This document shows positions 8,874 to 18,831 of a DNA stretch of 54,805 nt, in pieces. Where the stretch lies: positions 1 through 54,805 of the IMG/VR virus record IMGVR_UViG_3300029826_000003; one strand, given 5' to 3'. The notes under the pieces were generated by a model. The model was given only the letters and a program-made list of their open reading frames with translations, searched no databases and had not been told where the DNA came from. Positions within the stretch are counted from its first letter, which is position 1. Each line of letters starts with the position of its first letter. Made by a program: the position numbers and the translations under genes. Source of the stretch: a virus (taxonomy: Duplodnaviria > Caudoviricetes).

Positions 8874-9053
8874 AGCCGCACTGGCGGCAAACAGGAGCGG
8901 TCAGAACCGTACACGAGCCGCTGTGGGGCCTTGGCTGACCAAACGCGAACGGTGACGGGCGGAGAGAGTGCCGCACAAGTTTAGCGCTCGTTGGTCTCAC
9001 GATCAGCGGGCGCTTCTCATTTCCCGGCATACTGGCATCAGAAGGAACGCGGC

Positions 9054-9218
9054 ATGATCAACCAGAGCCTCAAGCACGCATCCGGCATCAGCGGCACGAT
9101 CGATGCCGTCGCTGTCCATCCCGATGGAATGGCGCTCGTGCGGATTTCCGATCGCTGGTTCCTGGCGGCCGAATGCGGCCAGCGTTCCAACGTGCTGCCT
9201 GCATGGATCAGGGTCTAA
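9054..9218 (+). CDS. small hypothetical protein
   Basis: GAAGGA RBS; 54 aa. Confidence 0.5.
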   Translation: MINQSLKHASGISGTIDAVAVHPDGMALVRISDRWFLAAECGQRSNVLPAWIRV

Positions 9219-9282
9219 AGAGCCAACCGCTCTCTAACCGGAACCCTTAAAAGAAAGACCGCGACATGCTTAGGACAACGCA

Positions 9283-10620
9283 TTGCCGATAGTGTCTTCC
9301 AGCAGGAGCGCTTTGCGATCGGCCCTGTTTTCGCCAACGGCGTACAAATGGGAAAACGCTGTCTCTCTCGTGGCGCTGAACGTTGCCGGCGGAATGTATC
9401 CGCTGGCCCAGATGCGCGCCGCTGGTCTGGTGGGCGAGAGCTCGCAACGCCAGTATACGAACCGGTCGGGGTACGATCTCACCTATGTCGAGGTCGACTT
9501 CGCCAACTATCTCCTGAACGGCACCAACGAGACGTTGACCGGACTGGCCCCGTTCGATGCCGAGGCGGCCATTCGTGATCCGCAGGGGACATCGTATCCC
9601 CTGAACGATCCCGTGACGGGCGCGGCGCGGATAACGGTCAATCCGGGCGACGTGCTCCAGCTCGGAGGCGGCGGCTTCACGATCCCTGCTGGCGCGCAGC
9701 CTTGGGTGCAGTGGGATATCCAGGGCACGGCATGGCCAGCCGGTCAGGTCGGGGCTCCGTCGCAGACCACGACATCACGCATTTCGCTGCGCTATACCTC
9801 CAACCCGCAATGGTACGCACGCGCCGGGACCGATCTTTCCACTGTCGGGGCGACAAATCAGTACTGCTACGATGTATCTTCGATCCGGGCGAGGACAATG
9901 AATCGCTTCGCTCTCGCGGTGCTGGGCGACAGTTGGGTGCAAGGCGCAGGCGACGGCAACAATGAAGGCGATCGGATGACCGGCTTCGTGCCGGCCGCGT
10001 GCACCTATGCCAATGGCGGGGTCGGTGTCCCCTATATGCCGCTGGGCTATACGGGAACCAAGCTTCTGGACAGCAACACGGCAGCCAAGGTGCAGCACCG
10101 TCTCGACGTGGCTGCGGCGGCATGCACTGATGTCCTGATCGAGTTTGGCACCAACGACCTGGTTGCCGCCGGCGTCTCGCTCGCCAGCATGCAGGCGAAC
10201 TACGTGGCGCTGGCGCAGGCGATCGTCGACCGCGGCATGCGGGCACACGGCTTCACAGTCGGCCCCCGGACCACATCGACGGATAGCTGGGCGACGACGG
10301 CCAACCAGACCGTCTCGACCGGATACGTGGCCGACAGTAATGGCAACAGCGGTTCGGCTTCGCTGATCCTGAACGAGTTCAACGACTGGCTGCGCACGGT
10401 GCCCGCACCGCTGACAGATGTGGTCGAGGCGGCCGACACGGTCATGAGCGCCCACAATTCGCGGATCTGGAACGTCGGAGACGGGACGTACACGAATCCG
10501 GCATTTACATCGGATGGTGTCCATCCGCGTCCCGACAATATCGGTAGCAGGAGGGGTGCCGTGTTCCAGATTGCCAACGCTGTAGCGGCGAAGATCGACG
10601 CGTGGCGTCTGGTATCGTGA
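9283..10620 (+). CDS. SGNH/GDSL esterase, possibly virion-associated
   Basis: Catalytic blocks LGDSW, GTND, DGVHP. Confidence 0.85.
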   Translation: MPIVSSSRSALRSALFSPTAYKWENAVSLVALNVAGGMYPLAQMRAAGLVGESSQRQYTNRSGYDLTYVEVDFANYLLNGTNETLTGLAPFDAEAAIRDPQGTSYPLNDPVTGAARITVNPGDVLQLGGGGFTIPAGAQPWVQWDIQGTAWPAGQVGAPSQTTTSRISLRYTSNPQWYARAGTDLSTVGATNQYCYDVSSIRARTMNRFALAVLGDSWVQGAGDGNNEGDRMTGFVPAACTYANGGVGVPYMPLGYTGTKLLDSNTAAKVQHRLDVAAAACTDVLIEFGTNDLVAAGVSLASMQANYVALAQAIVDRGMRAHGFTVGPRTTSTDSWATTANQTVSTGYVADSNGNSGSASLILNEFNDWLRTVPAPLTDVVEAADTVMSAHNSRIWNVGDGTYTNPAFTSDGVHPRPDNIGSRRGAVFQIANAVAAKIDAWRLVS

Positions 10621-10654
10621 CCGCAACCGGCGCGATCTGAAAGGACCAAATCAC

Positions 10655-10960
10655 ATGGCTTCAATCAGGCAGACAGTCAGCGGCACATTCGGGGCCACGG
10701 GAACGTCGGCTGAGATCGTCGGGGACTACATATCGATCATTCTCGATTTCGGTGCGTCGCCATCGGCCTCTGTCGACCTCGAGGAACAATTGCCCGATGG
10801 AACGTGGGTGAAGAACCCCGATGCGACGGCCGTCATAGCGGATTACCGCAAGGTATGGCAGACGCCGGAGGAATCACGCCTTCGCCTGAACTGCACCGCT
10901 CATACGAACGACGTGAAATACGTGATGAATTCCGTCTATGATCCCAAGACTGTCCGCTAG
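10655..10960 (+). CDS. small beta-rich protein, probably structural
   Basis: GAAAGGA RBS; late-operon position. Confidence 0.65.
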   Translation: MASIRQTVSGTFGATGTSAEIVGDYISIILDFGASPSASVDLEEQLPDGTWVKNPDATAVIADYRKVWQTPEESRLRLNCTAHTNDVKYVMNSVYDPKTVR

Positions 10961-10974
10961 GAAAGGACCGCGTC

Positions 10975-11262
10975 ATGGCTGAGTTGACCACCCGCGCCCG
11001 CAAGGCGATGCCGAAATCCAGGTTCGGGCTTCCTTCGAAGAAGGGAAAAGGAGGGGAGAACGAGGCAGGACATGGTGCTTATCCCATGCCGGACAAGGCC
11101 CATGCCGCGAACGCGAAGGCTCGGGCCTCGCAGCAGTTCGACAAGGGCAACCTGTCGGCCTCGGCCAAGGCGAAGATCGATGCGAAGGCCAACAAGGTCC
11201 TTCAAGCCGGAAAGCACCTTCACCACGAATCGACGACCCATCACCTCGCGAAAGGCAAATAG
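10975..11262 (+). CDS. basic phage protein (DUF6582-like)
   Basis: LTTRARKAMPKSRFGLP...YPMPDKAHAANAKARASQ. Confidence 0.75.
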   Translation: MAELTTRARKAMPKSRFGLPSKKGKGGENEAGHGAYPMPDKAHAANAKARASQQFDKGNLSASAKAKIDAKANKVLQAGKHLHHESTTHHLAKGK

Positions 11263-11264
11263 CG

Positions 11265-11435
11265 ATGGACAAGGAATCTTATACGAGGGTTGCTCCGGGA
11301 AAGCCGGAAATGCCTGTAGTCAAGTCTGGCCGCAAGTCGGAAACCAGACAGCACGCTCCCGATGCGACGAAGCATCTGGAAAGCCAGGTCACGCGCCATC
11401 CTCTCGCGCGTGGCGAGAAACGTCACTGCGAATAA
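11265..11435 (+). CDS. small hypothetical protein (56 aa, not in the ORF track)
   Basis: Manual translation MDKESYTRVAPGKPE...KRHCE; fills the operon gap. Confidence 0.5.
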   Translation: MDKESYTRVAPGKPEMPVVKSGRKSETRQHAPDATKHLESQVTRHPLARGEKRHCE

Positions 11436-11473
11436 GCGGGACGGCCAACAGCCTGACTTGAAAGGACAACACA

Positions 11474-12049
11474 ATGGCTGGTATTCTGACAGATGGAGTC
11501 CCGAACTACGCTATGTTCTCGGGCTCCGAAACTCTTCCCATCGACACGCATCGCGCGATCGGCATGAATCCGCAGAGCGCGGCGCCAAGCATTCAGCAGC
11601 TGGCCACGTTCATGGACTTCCTGACGAACAAGGCAGACATCACCACGGTTGCCGGTACGCGATACTATTCCTCGCTCATCCTCGGCAATGCGGACCAGTT
11701 GACCGGCATCGCCGTGCTGGTCGGCGGGACTGGCGGCACGGACAAGTTCATCGTCGAGCTGCATGATGCCAGCGGCGTTCTGGTAGCGACTTCCGCTCTT
11801 GCCGGCGTCACGGCTGGCACTGCGGGAACCTACCAGCAGATCCCGTTCACCGCGGCGTACAGCGCGGCTGCCGGGACGTACTATCTCGCGGTGCAGTCCA
11901 ACGGCACCACGGCGAAGGTCTCGGCCTACAATGCCCCCGCCATGCCGATCACGACCGGCTCGGCGGCCGGGACGTTCGGAACGAGTGCCGCGATCACAGC
12001 GCCGACGACCTATACTGCGGGTGTCGGTCCGGTCGCTGTGATTTACTGA
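11474..12049 (+). CDS. putative head decoration/structural protein
   Basis: Strong RBS; T/G/A-rich beta-strand composition. Confidence 0.6.
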   Translation: MAGILTDGVPNYAMFSGSETLPIDTHRAIGMNPQSAAPSIQQLATFMDFLTNKADITTVAGTRYYSSLILGNADQLTGIAVLVGGTGGTDKFIVELHDASGVLVATSALAGVTAGTAGTYQQIPFTAAYSAAAGTYYLAVQSNGTTAKVSAYNAPAMPITTGSAAGTFGTSAAITAPTTYTAGVGPVAVIY

Positions 12050-12207
12050 TCTAGCGCCGCATTACCTCGAATCGAGATTGCCGGTTCTTGGACCAAGCCG
12101 TCCTATCGTCCTCGTAGAGAGGCTCGCGTGCGGCGCGTCCCGATTTAGTCGGGATCTGATCGCGTGAGAAATAGCGGAAACCGGTACCATCACGAAAGGA
12201 AGCTGAA

Positions 12208-12372
12208 ATGCCTCGCAAAATGACGATGAAGGGGTGGGAAAAGTCCTCGATGGATAAGAAGATGGATGCATCGGGCCGATACGGCAAGGAAGGATCGGCG
12301 AAGGACAGGGCCGCGGACAAGCGCATGCTCAAGGCGCGCAATGCCAAGGCGACGAAGAAGGGCGGAAAGTAG
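12208..12372 (+). CDS. small basic protein (54 aa, not in the ORF track)
   Basis: GAAAGGA RBS; MPRKMTMKGWEKSSMDKK...KKGGK. Confidence 0.6.
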   Translation: MPRKMTMKGWEKSSMDKKMDASGRYGKEGSAKDRAADKRMLKARNAKATKKGGK

Positions 12373-12375
12373 ACC

Positions 12376-12738
12376 GTGGCCAGAGTTGCAAACGGACGTC
12401 CCACCAAATATCGGCCCGAGTATTGCGAGCAGGTAATTGCGGTGGCCGACGAAGGTCTGTCGCTTACCGCATTCGCGGGCAAGATCCGCGTGGCCCGATC
12501 GACCATCAATGTCTGGATGGAGCAGTTTCCCGAGTTCGGCGAGGCGGTCGAGGTGCACAAGGCCGTCAGGATGCTGTATCTGGAATCGACGCTCCTGAAA
12601 GGCGAGAGCAGCCCGAAGGTGACGGCCTGCATCTTCGCGCTCAAGAACGCATCCGATGAATGGCGCGAGAAAGTCGACCATGCCCATTCCGGAGCGGTTA
12701 ACGTCAATATCTCCGGCGACGACAAGGCGCTGCTGTGA
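12376..12738 (+). CDS. terS: terminase small subunit
   Basis: GRPTKYRPEYCEQV, HTH, IFALKN...EWREK; directly upstream of TerL. Confidence 0.85.
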   Translation: MARVANGRPTKYRPEYCEQVIAVADEGLSLTAFAGKIRVARSTINVWMEQFPEFGEAVEVHKAVRMLYLESTLLKGESSPKVTACIFALKNASDEWREKVDHAHSGAVNVNISGDDKALL

Positions 12739-14075
12739 GCTTCAGGCTGACCGAGCGCCAGAACGAGGCGAACCGGCTTCTAGGTTCCGATGCGCTCCAC
12801 GTGATGCTCTATGGAGGTTCACGAAGCGGCAAGACGCTGCTCATCCTAAGGGCGATTCTGATACGGGCTTTGGCCTACGAAAGCCGCCATGTCGTGATGC
12901 GCTACAGGTTCAATCACCTGAAAGGGTCCATTATCTACGATACGCTTCCCAAGGTGATGGATCGGTGCTTTCCAGGAGTTGCGGCAAAGTCGAAGCTGGA
13001 CAAATCGGACTGGTTCTATACGCTTCCCAATGGCTCGGAAATCTGGTTCGGTGGGCTTGACGACAAGCAGCGCACGGAAAAGATCCTTGGATCGGAATTC
13101 GCCACGGTATTCCTGAATGAATGCAGCCAGATCAGTTGGGCATCGCGCAACATGATGATGACGCGCCTTGCGCAGAAAACGCCGTTGCGGCTCAAAGCGA
13201 TATATGATTGCAATCCGCCCTCGAATGCGCACTGGACCGCGCGAGCATTCATCGACAAGGTAGATCCTGATACAAGAACGCCGCTGGCCGATCCGGAGCG
13301 CTATGCGGCGATGATGATGAATCCGGTAGACAATCGGGAGAATCTTCCCGAGGACTACATGAGGGAACTGGAATCGCTTCCCGACAGGATGCGCCGTCGC
13401 TTTCTTCTCGGCCAATTCCAGGCCGCGGTGGAAAACGCGTTGTGGACCATGGAATCCCTCGACGATGGACGCATTCTCGACGGTCGGATACCGGACATGC
13501 AGCGCATTGTAATCGCGGTCGATCCATCGGGATGCTCAGGGCCGGAGGACGAACGTTCTGACGAGGTCGGAATCGTCGTCGTCGGTCTTGGTGTGGATGG
13601 ACGCGGATATGTGCTGGAGGATCTGTCTGGCAGGTTTGCTCCCGGTGGTCAGTCTGGTTGGGGAAATCAGGTCGCTTCGGCCTTCGACAGGCATGACGCG
13701 GATTGCGTCGTTGGAGAAATCAATTACGGTGGCGCAATGGTTCGCCAGACCATTCGGGCAGCACGGCCCGGAACGCCGTTCAAGGAAGTTCATGCAAGCC
13801 GTGGAAAGGCCGTCAGGGCGGAGCCGGTTTCCATACTGTTTGACCAGAACAAGATATCGATCGTAGGCCATCTTCCGAAGCTCGAGGATCAACTCTGTTC
13901 GTTCACCACGGCTGGATATATGGGAGATCGCTCCCCGGACCGGGCCGACGCTGCGATCTGGGGAATTACCGAACTGTTCCCGGCGATCGTTCGGAAGAAG
14001 AAAGAGTTCACGTTGCCCGAGGAACTGCTACGGCCTGTTCCTGATGCGGGCGACCTGTCATGGATGCTGCGATAG
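12735..14075 (+). CDS. terL: terminase large subunit
   Basis: Walker A YGGSRSGKT, Walker B VFLNE, nuclease IAVDP and SPDRADA. Confidence 0.95.
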   Translation: MSFRLTERQNEANRLLGSDALHVMLYGGSRSGKTLLILRAILIRALAYESRHVVMRYRFNHLKGSIIYDTLPKVMDRCFPGVAAKSKLDKSDWFYTLPNGSEIWFGGLDDKQRTEKILGSEFATVFLNECSQISWASRNMMMTRLAQKTPLRLKAIYDCNPPSNAHWTARAFIDKVDPDTRTPLADPERYAAMMMNPVDNRENLPEDYMRELESLPDRMRRRFLLGQFQAAVENALWTMESLDDGRILDGRIPDMQRIVIAVDPSGCSGPEDERSDEVGIVVVGLGVDGRGYVLEDLSGRFAPGGQSGWGNQVASAFDRHDADCVVGEINYGGAMVRQTIRAARPGTPFKEVHASRGKAVRAEPVSILFDQNKISIVGHLPKLEDQLCSFTTAGYMGDRSPDRADAAIWGITELFPAIVRKKKEFTLPEELLRPVPDAGDLSWMLR

Positions 14076-14315
14076 ATGGAAAACAAGATGTTCAATGGCC
14101 GCAGGCTTTATCAATTCGATTCAGCTTCATGGACCGGAACGCCGCTGTTCGGCTCATTCAATATCCGCATTCCTCTGGTGTTGTTCGACATCACAGTCCG
14201 TGCGCGGGAACGGATTGATGGATTGCGCGCGATCTGGGAATTGACGGTCACGTTCAAGACCAGCGGCATCTATCTGGCCCATGAGCATTACACGCTCCTC
14301 TCGCGCAAGGCATAG
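14076..14315 (+). CDS. hypothetical protein
   Basis: ORF between terL and portal. Confidence 0.5.
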   Translation: MENKMFNGRRLYQFDSASWTGTPLFGSFNIRIPLVLFDITVRARERIDGLRAIWELTVTFKTSGIYLAHEHYTLLSRKA

Positions 14316-14342
14316 GATACCGGTTTGACAGATGGAAATGAT

Positions 14343-16475
14343 ATGAGCGACGAGATCGAAGACGAGCGCGAAGGCAATTCCGACCGTGCCCTCGTTCGCC
14401 GCGCTCGTGATCGTTTTCGCCGATGCGTCGAATGGGAAGCAGATGCCCGTGCCAAGTTCGTATCCGATCTCAGGTTTGCCAATGCCGATCCGGATAATGG
14501 TTGGCAATGGCCGCAGGCGCTTTGGTCGACGCGACAGGATGACCCGAAAGGATACACGCCGAAGCTGACCATCAACAAGGTTCGGCAGCACAATCTTCAG
14601 ATCATCAACGACGCGAAGCAGAACAAGCCCGGAATCGTAATCCGTCCCGTTTCGGACGATGCTTCGTTCAAGGCGGCGCAGGTATTCGAGGACATCGTCC
14701 GCGACATCGAACGGCAGTCCCGCGCGGAACAGGCATACGATACGGCGACCCAATTCCAGGTCCAGTGCGGCCTCGGCTATATTCGTGTCGTGACCGATTA
14801 TGCGGGACCGAATACGTTCGATCAGGAGATATTCATTCGCAGGGTGAAAAACCCCCTGAATGTCTACCTCGATCCCGATATCAATGAGGTCGACGGTTCC
14901 GATGCTCGTTTCGGGTTTGTCTATGATGACGTGCCGAAGGACGAGTTTTTAAGCGAATACCCTGAAATGAAAGGAAAAATCGGCCAAGGAGCGCCACTGG
15001 ACGAAGGCGCTACATCGCTCGACGACAAACATGTCAGGGTTTTAGAATATTTCGAGAAGGAAATGGTGCGCGACGAGTTGTGGCTCATGCGCGATCCGGA
15101 CAGCGGTCAAACCGGCATTGCCCGCAAGAGCGAAATCCCGGCTGAGGTGCGCAAGCGCATCGCCAAGGACGATATTCTCAAGCGCCGCGAGATCCTTGAT
15201 CCGCAAATCAAGTGGTACAAGATCGCTGACGATGAAGTGCTGGACGTAAAGGACTGGCCCGGACGCTATATCCCTATCGTGCCTGTCGTGGGCGAGCAGA
15301 CCATTGTCGAGAAGAAGCTCGATCGCAAGGGCCACACGAGGGCGATGAAGGACGCCCAGCGTATGTATAACTTCTGGTCCTCGAGCGCGACGGAACAAGC
15401 CGCGCTACAGACCAAGACGCGCTGGTTCGTGCCGGTTGGGGCCACGGAAAACCTCGAAACCTATTTCGCCAAGATCAACACGACAAACCTGCCCTTCATT
15501 CCGTACAATTCGGTCAATTCCGAAGGAGAGGCGCTTCCTCCTCCCACTCCGATCAATCCGCCCGTTCTTGCGCCGGCCTATGTCCAGTTGCTCCAGATCA
15601 GCCAGAACGAGCTCATGATGGCGTCGGGGCAATACCAGTCCCAGTTCGGTCAGAACGAAAACGCAACGTCGGGCAAAGCCATTGCGGAGCGCCAGAGACA
15701 GGGTGACAACGCGACGTACCATTTCATTGACGGCCTCGCCATTGCCATCAGGCAGGTCGGAAACATCGTGGTAGACCTCATTCCCAAGATCTATGACACG
15801 GCGCGCGTCAAACAGATCATGGGAAAGGACGGCACGCAACGGATGGTGAGGATAGATCCGGCCGCATCGCAGTCCTATGCCGAGGAACAGATGGAAGAGC
15901 AGGAGGCGATATACTCCGTGTTCAATCCGAACGTGGGGCGCTACCAGGTCGAAAGCGATATCGGTCCTTCCTATTCGACACGCAGACAGGAAGCATGGAA
16001 CGCCTTTGTGCAGATCACGTCGCAGAACCGCGAATTGACCAATGTCATCGGCGACCTGATGTTCCGTTATGCCGATTTCCCCGGTGCGGACGATATCGCG
16101 GAAAGACTGGCCAGAATCGTCCCGCCGAATGTCAAGGGAGAAGCGCCTGATCCGGCTTTGCAGCAGGCCATTGCGCAGAACGCCAATCTGCAAAAGCTCT
16201 ATGCGGAATCTCTGGAAAAAATCGCGACGATGGACCGGCAGGCCAAGGACAAGGAAGACCAGAAGGAAATTAATCTGTATGATGCCGAAAGCCGCCGTCT
16301 GAAGGAAATCGGTAACGCTACGGGCAATCTCGGTCCAGACGTCTTAAAGCCGCTTATTCAGGAGCTTTTGCAGGAAATGCTTGATCCTGCGAACGTGCCC
16401 GTCATCAATGACGAAGCGGTATCGGATCAGACGCCGGATGCTTCATCTGCCCAACCAGAGGAAAATGCAGCATGA
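14343..16475 (+). CDS. portal protein (P22 gp1-like)
   Basis: ~710 aa; LTINKV, KDAQRMYN, SGKAI..RQ.QG motifs; position. Confidence 0.92.
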   Translation: MSDEIEDEREGNSDRALVRRARDRFRRCVEWEADARAKFVSDLRFANADPDNGWQWPQALWSTRQDDPKGYTPKLTINKVRQHNLQIINDAKQNKPGIVIRPVSDDASFKAAQVFEDIVRDIERQSRAEQAYDTATQFQVQCGLGYIRVVTDYAGPNTFDQEIFIRRVKNPLNVYLDPDINEVDGSDARFGFVYDDVPKDEFLSEYPEMKGKIGQGAPLDEGATSLDDKHVRVLEYFEKEMVRDELWLMRDPDSGQTGIARKSEIPAEVRKRIAKDDILKRREILDPQIKWYKIADDEVLDVKDWPGRYIPIVPVVGEQTIVEKKLDRKGHTRAMKDAQRMYNFWSSSATEQAALQTKTRWFVPVGATENLETYFAKINTTNLPFIPYNSVNSEGEALPPPTPINPPVLAPAYVQLLQISQNELMMASGQYQSQFGQNENATSGKAIAERQRQGDNATYHFIDGLAIAIRQVGNIVVDLIPKIYDTARVKQIMGKDGTQRMVRIDPAASQSYAEEQMEEQEAIYSVFNPNVGRYQVESDIGPSYSTRRQEAWNAFVQITSQNRELTNVIGDLMFRYADFPGADDIAERLARIVPPNVKGEAPDPALQQAIAQNANLQKLYAESLEKIATMDRQAKDKEDQKEINLYDAESRRLKEIGNATGNLGPDVLKPLIQELLQEMLDPANVPVINDEAVSDQTPDASSAQPEENAA

Positions 16476-16804
16476 CCGTATCGCTTGTTCGCAAAACCGC
16501 CAAGGAACTGGCCGGAGCGTTCTACGAAGACAATCATTCGGATCGGTTTCGCAAGTTCTGGCCTAGTCAGAAAGTGTTTATCGCGCGCAACTGGCCGTCA
16601 TTCGTCGAGATCGCCCGCGTTACCTTGACCGAATTGCTTCGATGCGATGGAACGCCTGAATATCAAAAAACGGAGATCTACGAAGCGCTTTGCGAGGACA
16701 ACGAGCGCCAGATCCGCGGCAGGCACACCGATGTCGGAAAGGGAAGAATGACGCTCAATCCCGATCGTCCCGGCGCGATGGAACGAAAGATGTTTTATCA
16801 ATGA
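16472..16804 (+). CDS. hypothetical protein
   Basis: ATGA-coupled to portal. Confidence 0.7.
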   Translation: MTVSLVRKTAKELAGAFYEDNHSDRFRKFWPSQKVFIARNWPSFVEIARVTLTELLRCDGTPEYQKTEIYEALCEDNERQIRGRHTDVGKGRMTLNPDRPGAMERKMFYQ

Positions 16805-17070
16805 CGAAGTCACATACATTTGATTCGACCCAATGGACAGGTCGGTGTTTCCGTCCGACATATCCAGTTGGGGCCTTCGTTCAGATGTTTCGTCGTGATT
16901 TGCAACGATATTATCTCGACCAACCTCCAAGCCGCTATCTGATCGGTAAGAGAGGGTGCCTTGGACCTAGATATTTCAGAACAATAATTGACGTGATTCG
17001 AGATGAGTTAGACAATATACGTTCAAGCACTAGAAATTGCAGGTATTATGAATCATATTTAAATGATTAA
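16801..17070 (+). CDS. hypothetical protein, AT-rich (moron-like)
   Basis: ATGA-coupled; visibly lower GC than the flanks. Confidence 0.5.
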   Translation: MTKSHTFDSTQWTGRCFRPTYPVGAFVQMFRRDLQRYYLDQPPSRYLIGKRGCLGPRYFRTIIDVIRDELDNIRSSTRNCRYYESYLND

Positions 17071-17100
17071 CTCAGTAACACACAGGGAAATCGATATCCA

Positions 17101-17286
17101 ATGACGCAGGACGGATTGTCTCTCATCATCGTCGAATATGAGAACGAATTCATCCTTGCCGTTCATACTGGCGATACCAAAATACGGTGTTCGCTGACAG
17201 TTCCGAAGCAGTGCGGGAAGCGTGATATCTCACTCGCATTGCGCAATTTGGCCAAGATGGTTGAAAACCGCGAGGATTGGCGATGA
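17101..17286 (+). CDS. hypothetical protein
   Basis: Short ORF in the head operon. Confidence 0.5.
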   Translation: MTQDGLSLIIVEYENEFILAVHTGDTKIRCSLTVPKQCGKRDISLALRNLAKMVENREDWR

Positions 17287-17480
17287 CGACGAACAAGCTC
17301 TTGACGCTGGCGCGCATCCCCGCGCCGTCCGATGATCGACGCTGGAAAGCCGAGGACGCTCTCCATGTCCTTACCAAGGCCGATGAATATCGCAAGGACA
17401 GAGGTCTTATGGCAGATGTCAGGAAACTTGCTCAAAAGAAGCTGAAGCAACTCAACGGAGTTGCGCTGAAAAGGCGCTGA
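17283..17480 (+). CDS. hypothetical protein
   Basis: Coupled ORF, RWKAEDALHVLTKADE. Confidence 0.6.
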   Translation: MTTNKLLTLARIPAPSDDRRWKAEDALHVLTKADEYRKDRGLMADVRKLAQKKLKQLNGVALKRR

Positions 17481-17485
17481 AGCTG

Positions 17486-17656
17486 ATGCACGAAAACGCT
17501 GAAATCTGGCGTTCTGCGATGATCCGAGCCAAGGAAGAACGCATCAGGCAGGCCGAAAAGCTCGGCCTTGCATCGGATGGCGCCTATGTTACAGAATATC
17601 TGAAGAAGCTGATGGCCGACGCAAAGACGCGTGCGGGCCATGAAATCGAAATCTAG
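17486..17656 (+). CDS. small hypothetical protein (56 aa, not in the ORF track)
   Basis: Manual translation MHENAEIWRSAMIRAKEERI... Confidence 0.45.
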   Translation: MHENAEIWRSAMIRAKEERIRQAEKLGLASDGAYVTEYLKKLMADAKTRAGHEIEI

Positions 17657-17665
17657 CCGGAGGCC

Positions 17666-18577
17666 ATGATGTCCGAACGAGAACTTGCCGACCCGCTCGC
17701 CGACCTGAAAGCCGAAATCGCGGCACAGGAAGACGCCAGCGGGAAGGAAGAGAATGACGCGTTGTCCGATACGTCCGCGCATGGAGACGGCGCTCCTGAC
17801 GAAGATGCGGTCGAAAGAGATGCGCAGGAAGAAGACACCGATGCCGGCGATGAGGGCGAAGGCGAGGAAAAGAACGCCAAGGACGACAAGCCGGACGGAA
17901 AGGGCAAGCGCGGCAAGCCTGTTCCTCCGGAGCGCTTCAATGAGGTCTATGGCAAGTATCACGCCGAACGGCAGAGAGCCGAGGCCGCGGAAGCCGAGAA
18001 GGAACGCCTCGAAGCGCTGGTAAAGGAATTGAGCGCCTCCAGAAAGTCCGACGAACAGCAGCAGGACGACAAGCCTCAGAAGACCGAAGCCGAGATCCGC
18101 GCCGAGGTCGAGAAGCAGGTCAGGCAGCAGTTCGAGGAAGAGGCCCGCGCGAAGGAATTCAACGACGCGTCGAACCAGGCTTACGAAAATGGCATCAAGA
18201 AATTCGGGCAGGCCGAATTCGAGGAATCGCTTCAGGACCTGCAACGCGTCGGTCTGTCCAGCCGCGTTGATGTGGTTCAGACCGCGCTTGAGACTGGTAA
18301 TGCCGAACAGGTCCTGTTCCTGATGGGTCAGGACGTGGCTGAGGCGGAACGCATCATGTCGCTTTCGCCGGTCAAGATGGCGATCGAGATGGCGAAGCTT
18401 GCGGCTTCGCGTCCCCGTGCTCCAAAGACAGAAACCGCTGTCTCGAAGGCAACTGATCCGATCAGGCCCGTACGTGGTGGCAATGCATCGAACGAATTCG
18501 ATCTTGCCGACCCGAATACGGACATGAACGATTGGGTGCGCAATTTTGACAAGATGATGGAAAAGCGCGCATCCTGA
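17666..18577 (+). CDS. scaffolding protein
   Basis: Acidic N-terminus, coiled coil, directly upstream of the capsid gene. Confidence 0.8.
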   Translation: MMSERELADPLADLKAEIAAQEDASGKEENDALSDTSAHGDGAPDEDAVERDAQEEDTDAGDEGEGEEKNAKDDKPDGKGKRGKPVPPERFNEVYGKYHAERQRAEAAEAEKERLEALVKELSASRKSDEQQQDDKPQKTEAEIRAEVEKQVRQQFEEEARAKEFNDASNQAYENGIKKFGQAEFEESLQDLQRVGLSSRVDVVQTALETGNAEQVLFLMGQDVAEAERIMSLSPVKMAIEMAKLAASRPRAPKTETAVSKATDPIRPVRGGNASNEFDLADPNTDMNDWVRNFDKMMEKRAS

Positions 18578-18831
18578 ATTTCGGCTTCGGCCGGCTCGCC
18601 CATGATCCTACGGCGTAATGCAGGATCCCCGTCTTTGCCGGGTAATGCAATGTCCGCCATGGTCAAGGCGCTATCAGGACCGCTATTCCTGACGATGGAT
18701 GTTCTGCCCGTCAATCGGGTGTGACCCTCTCATTTTCCTTCCGATCCGTCAGTTCCAATGCCGCACAAGAAAGGAGCGGCTAACCGAAACATGCGGGCAT
18801 TCGCATGCACCGCACAGATTGGATGGATCCA

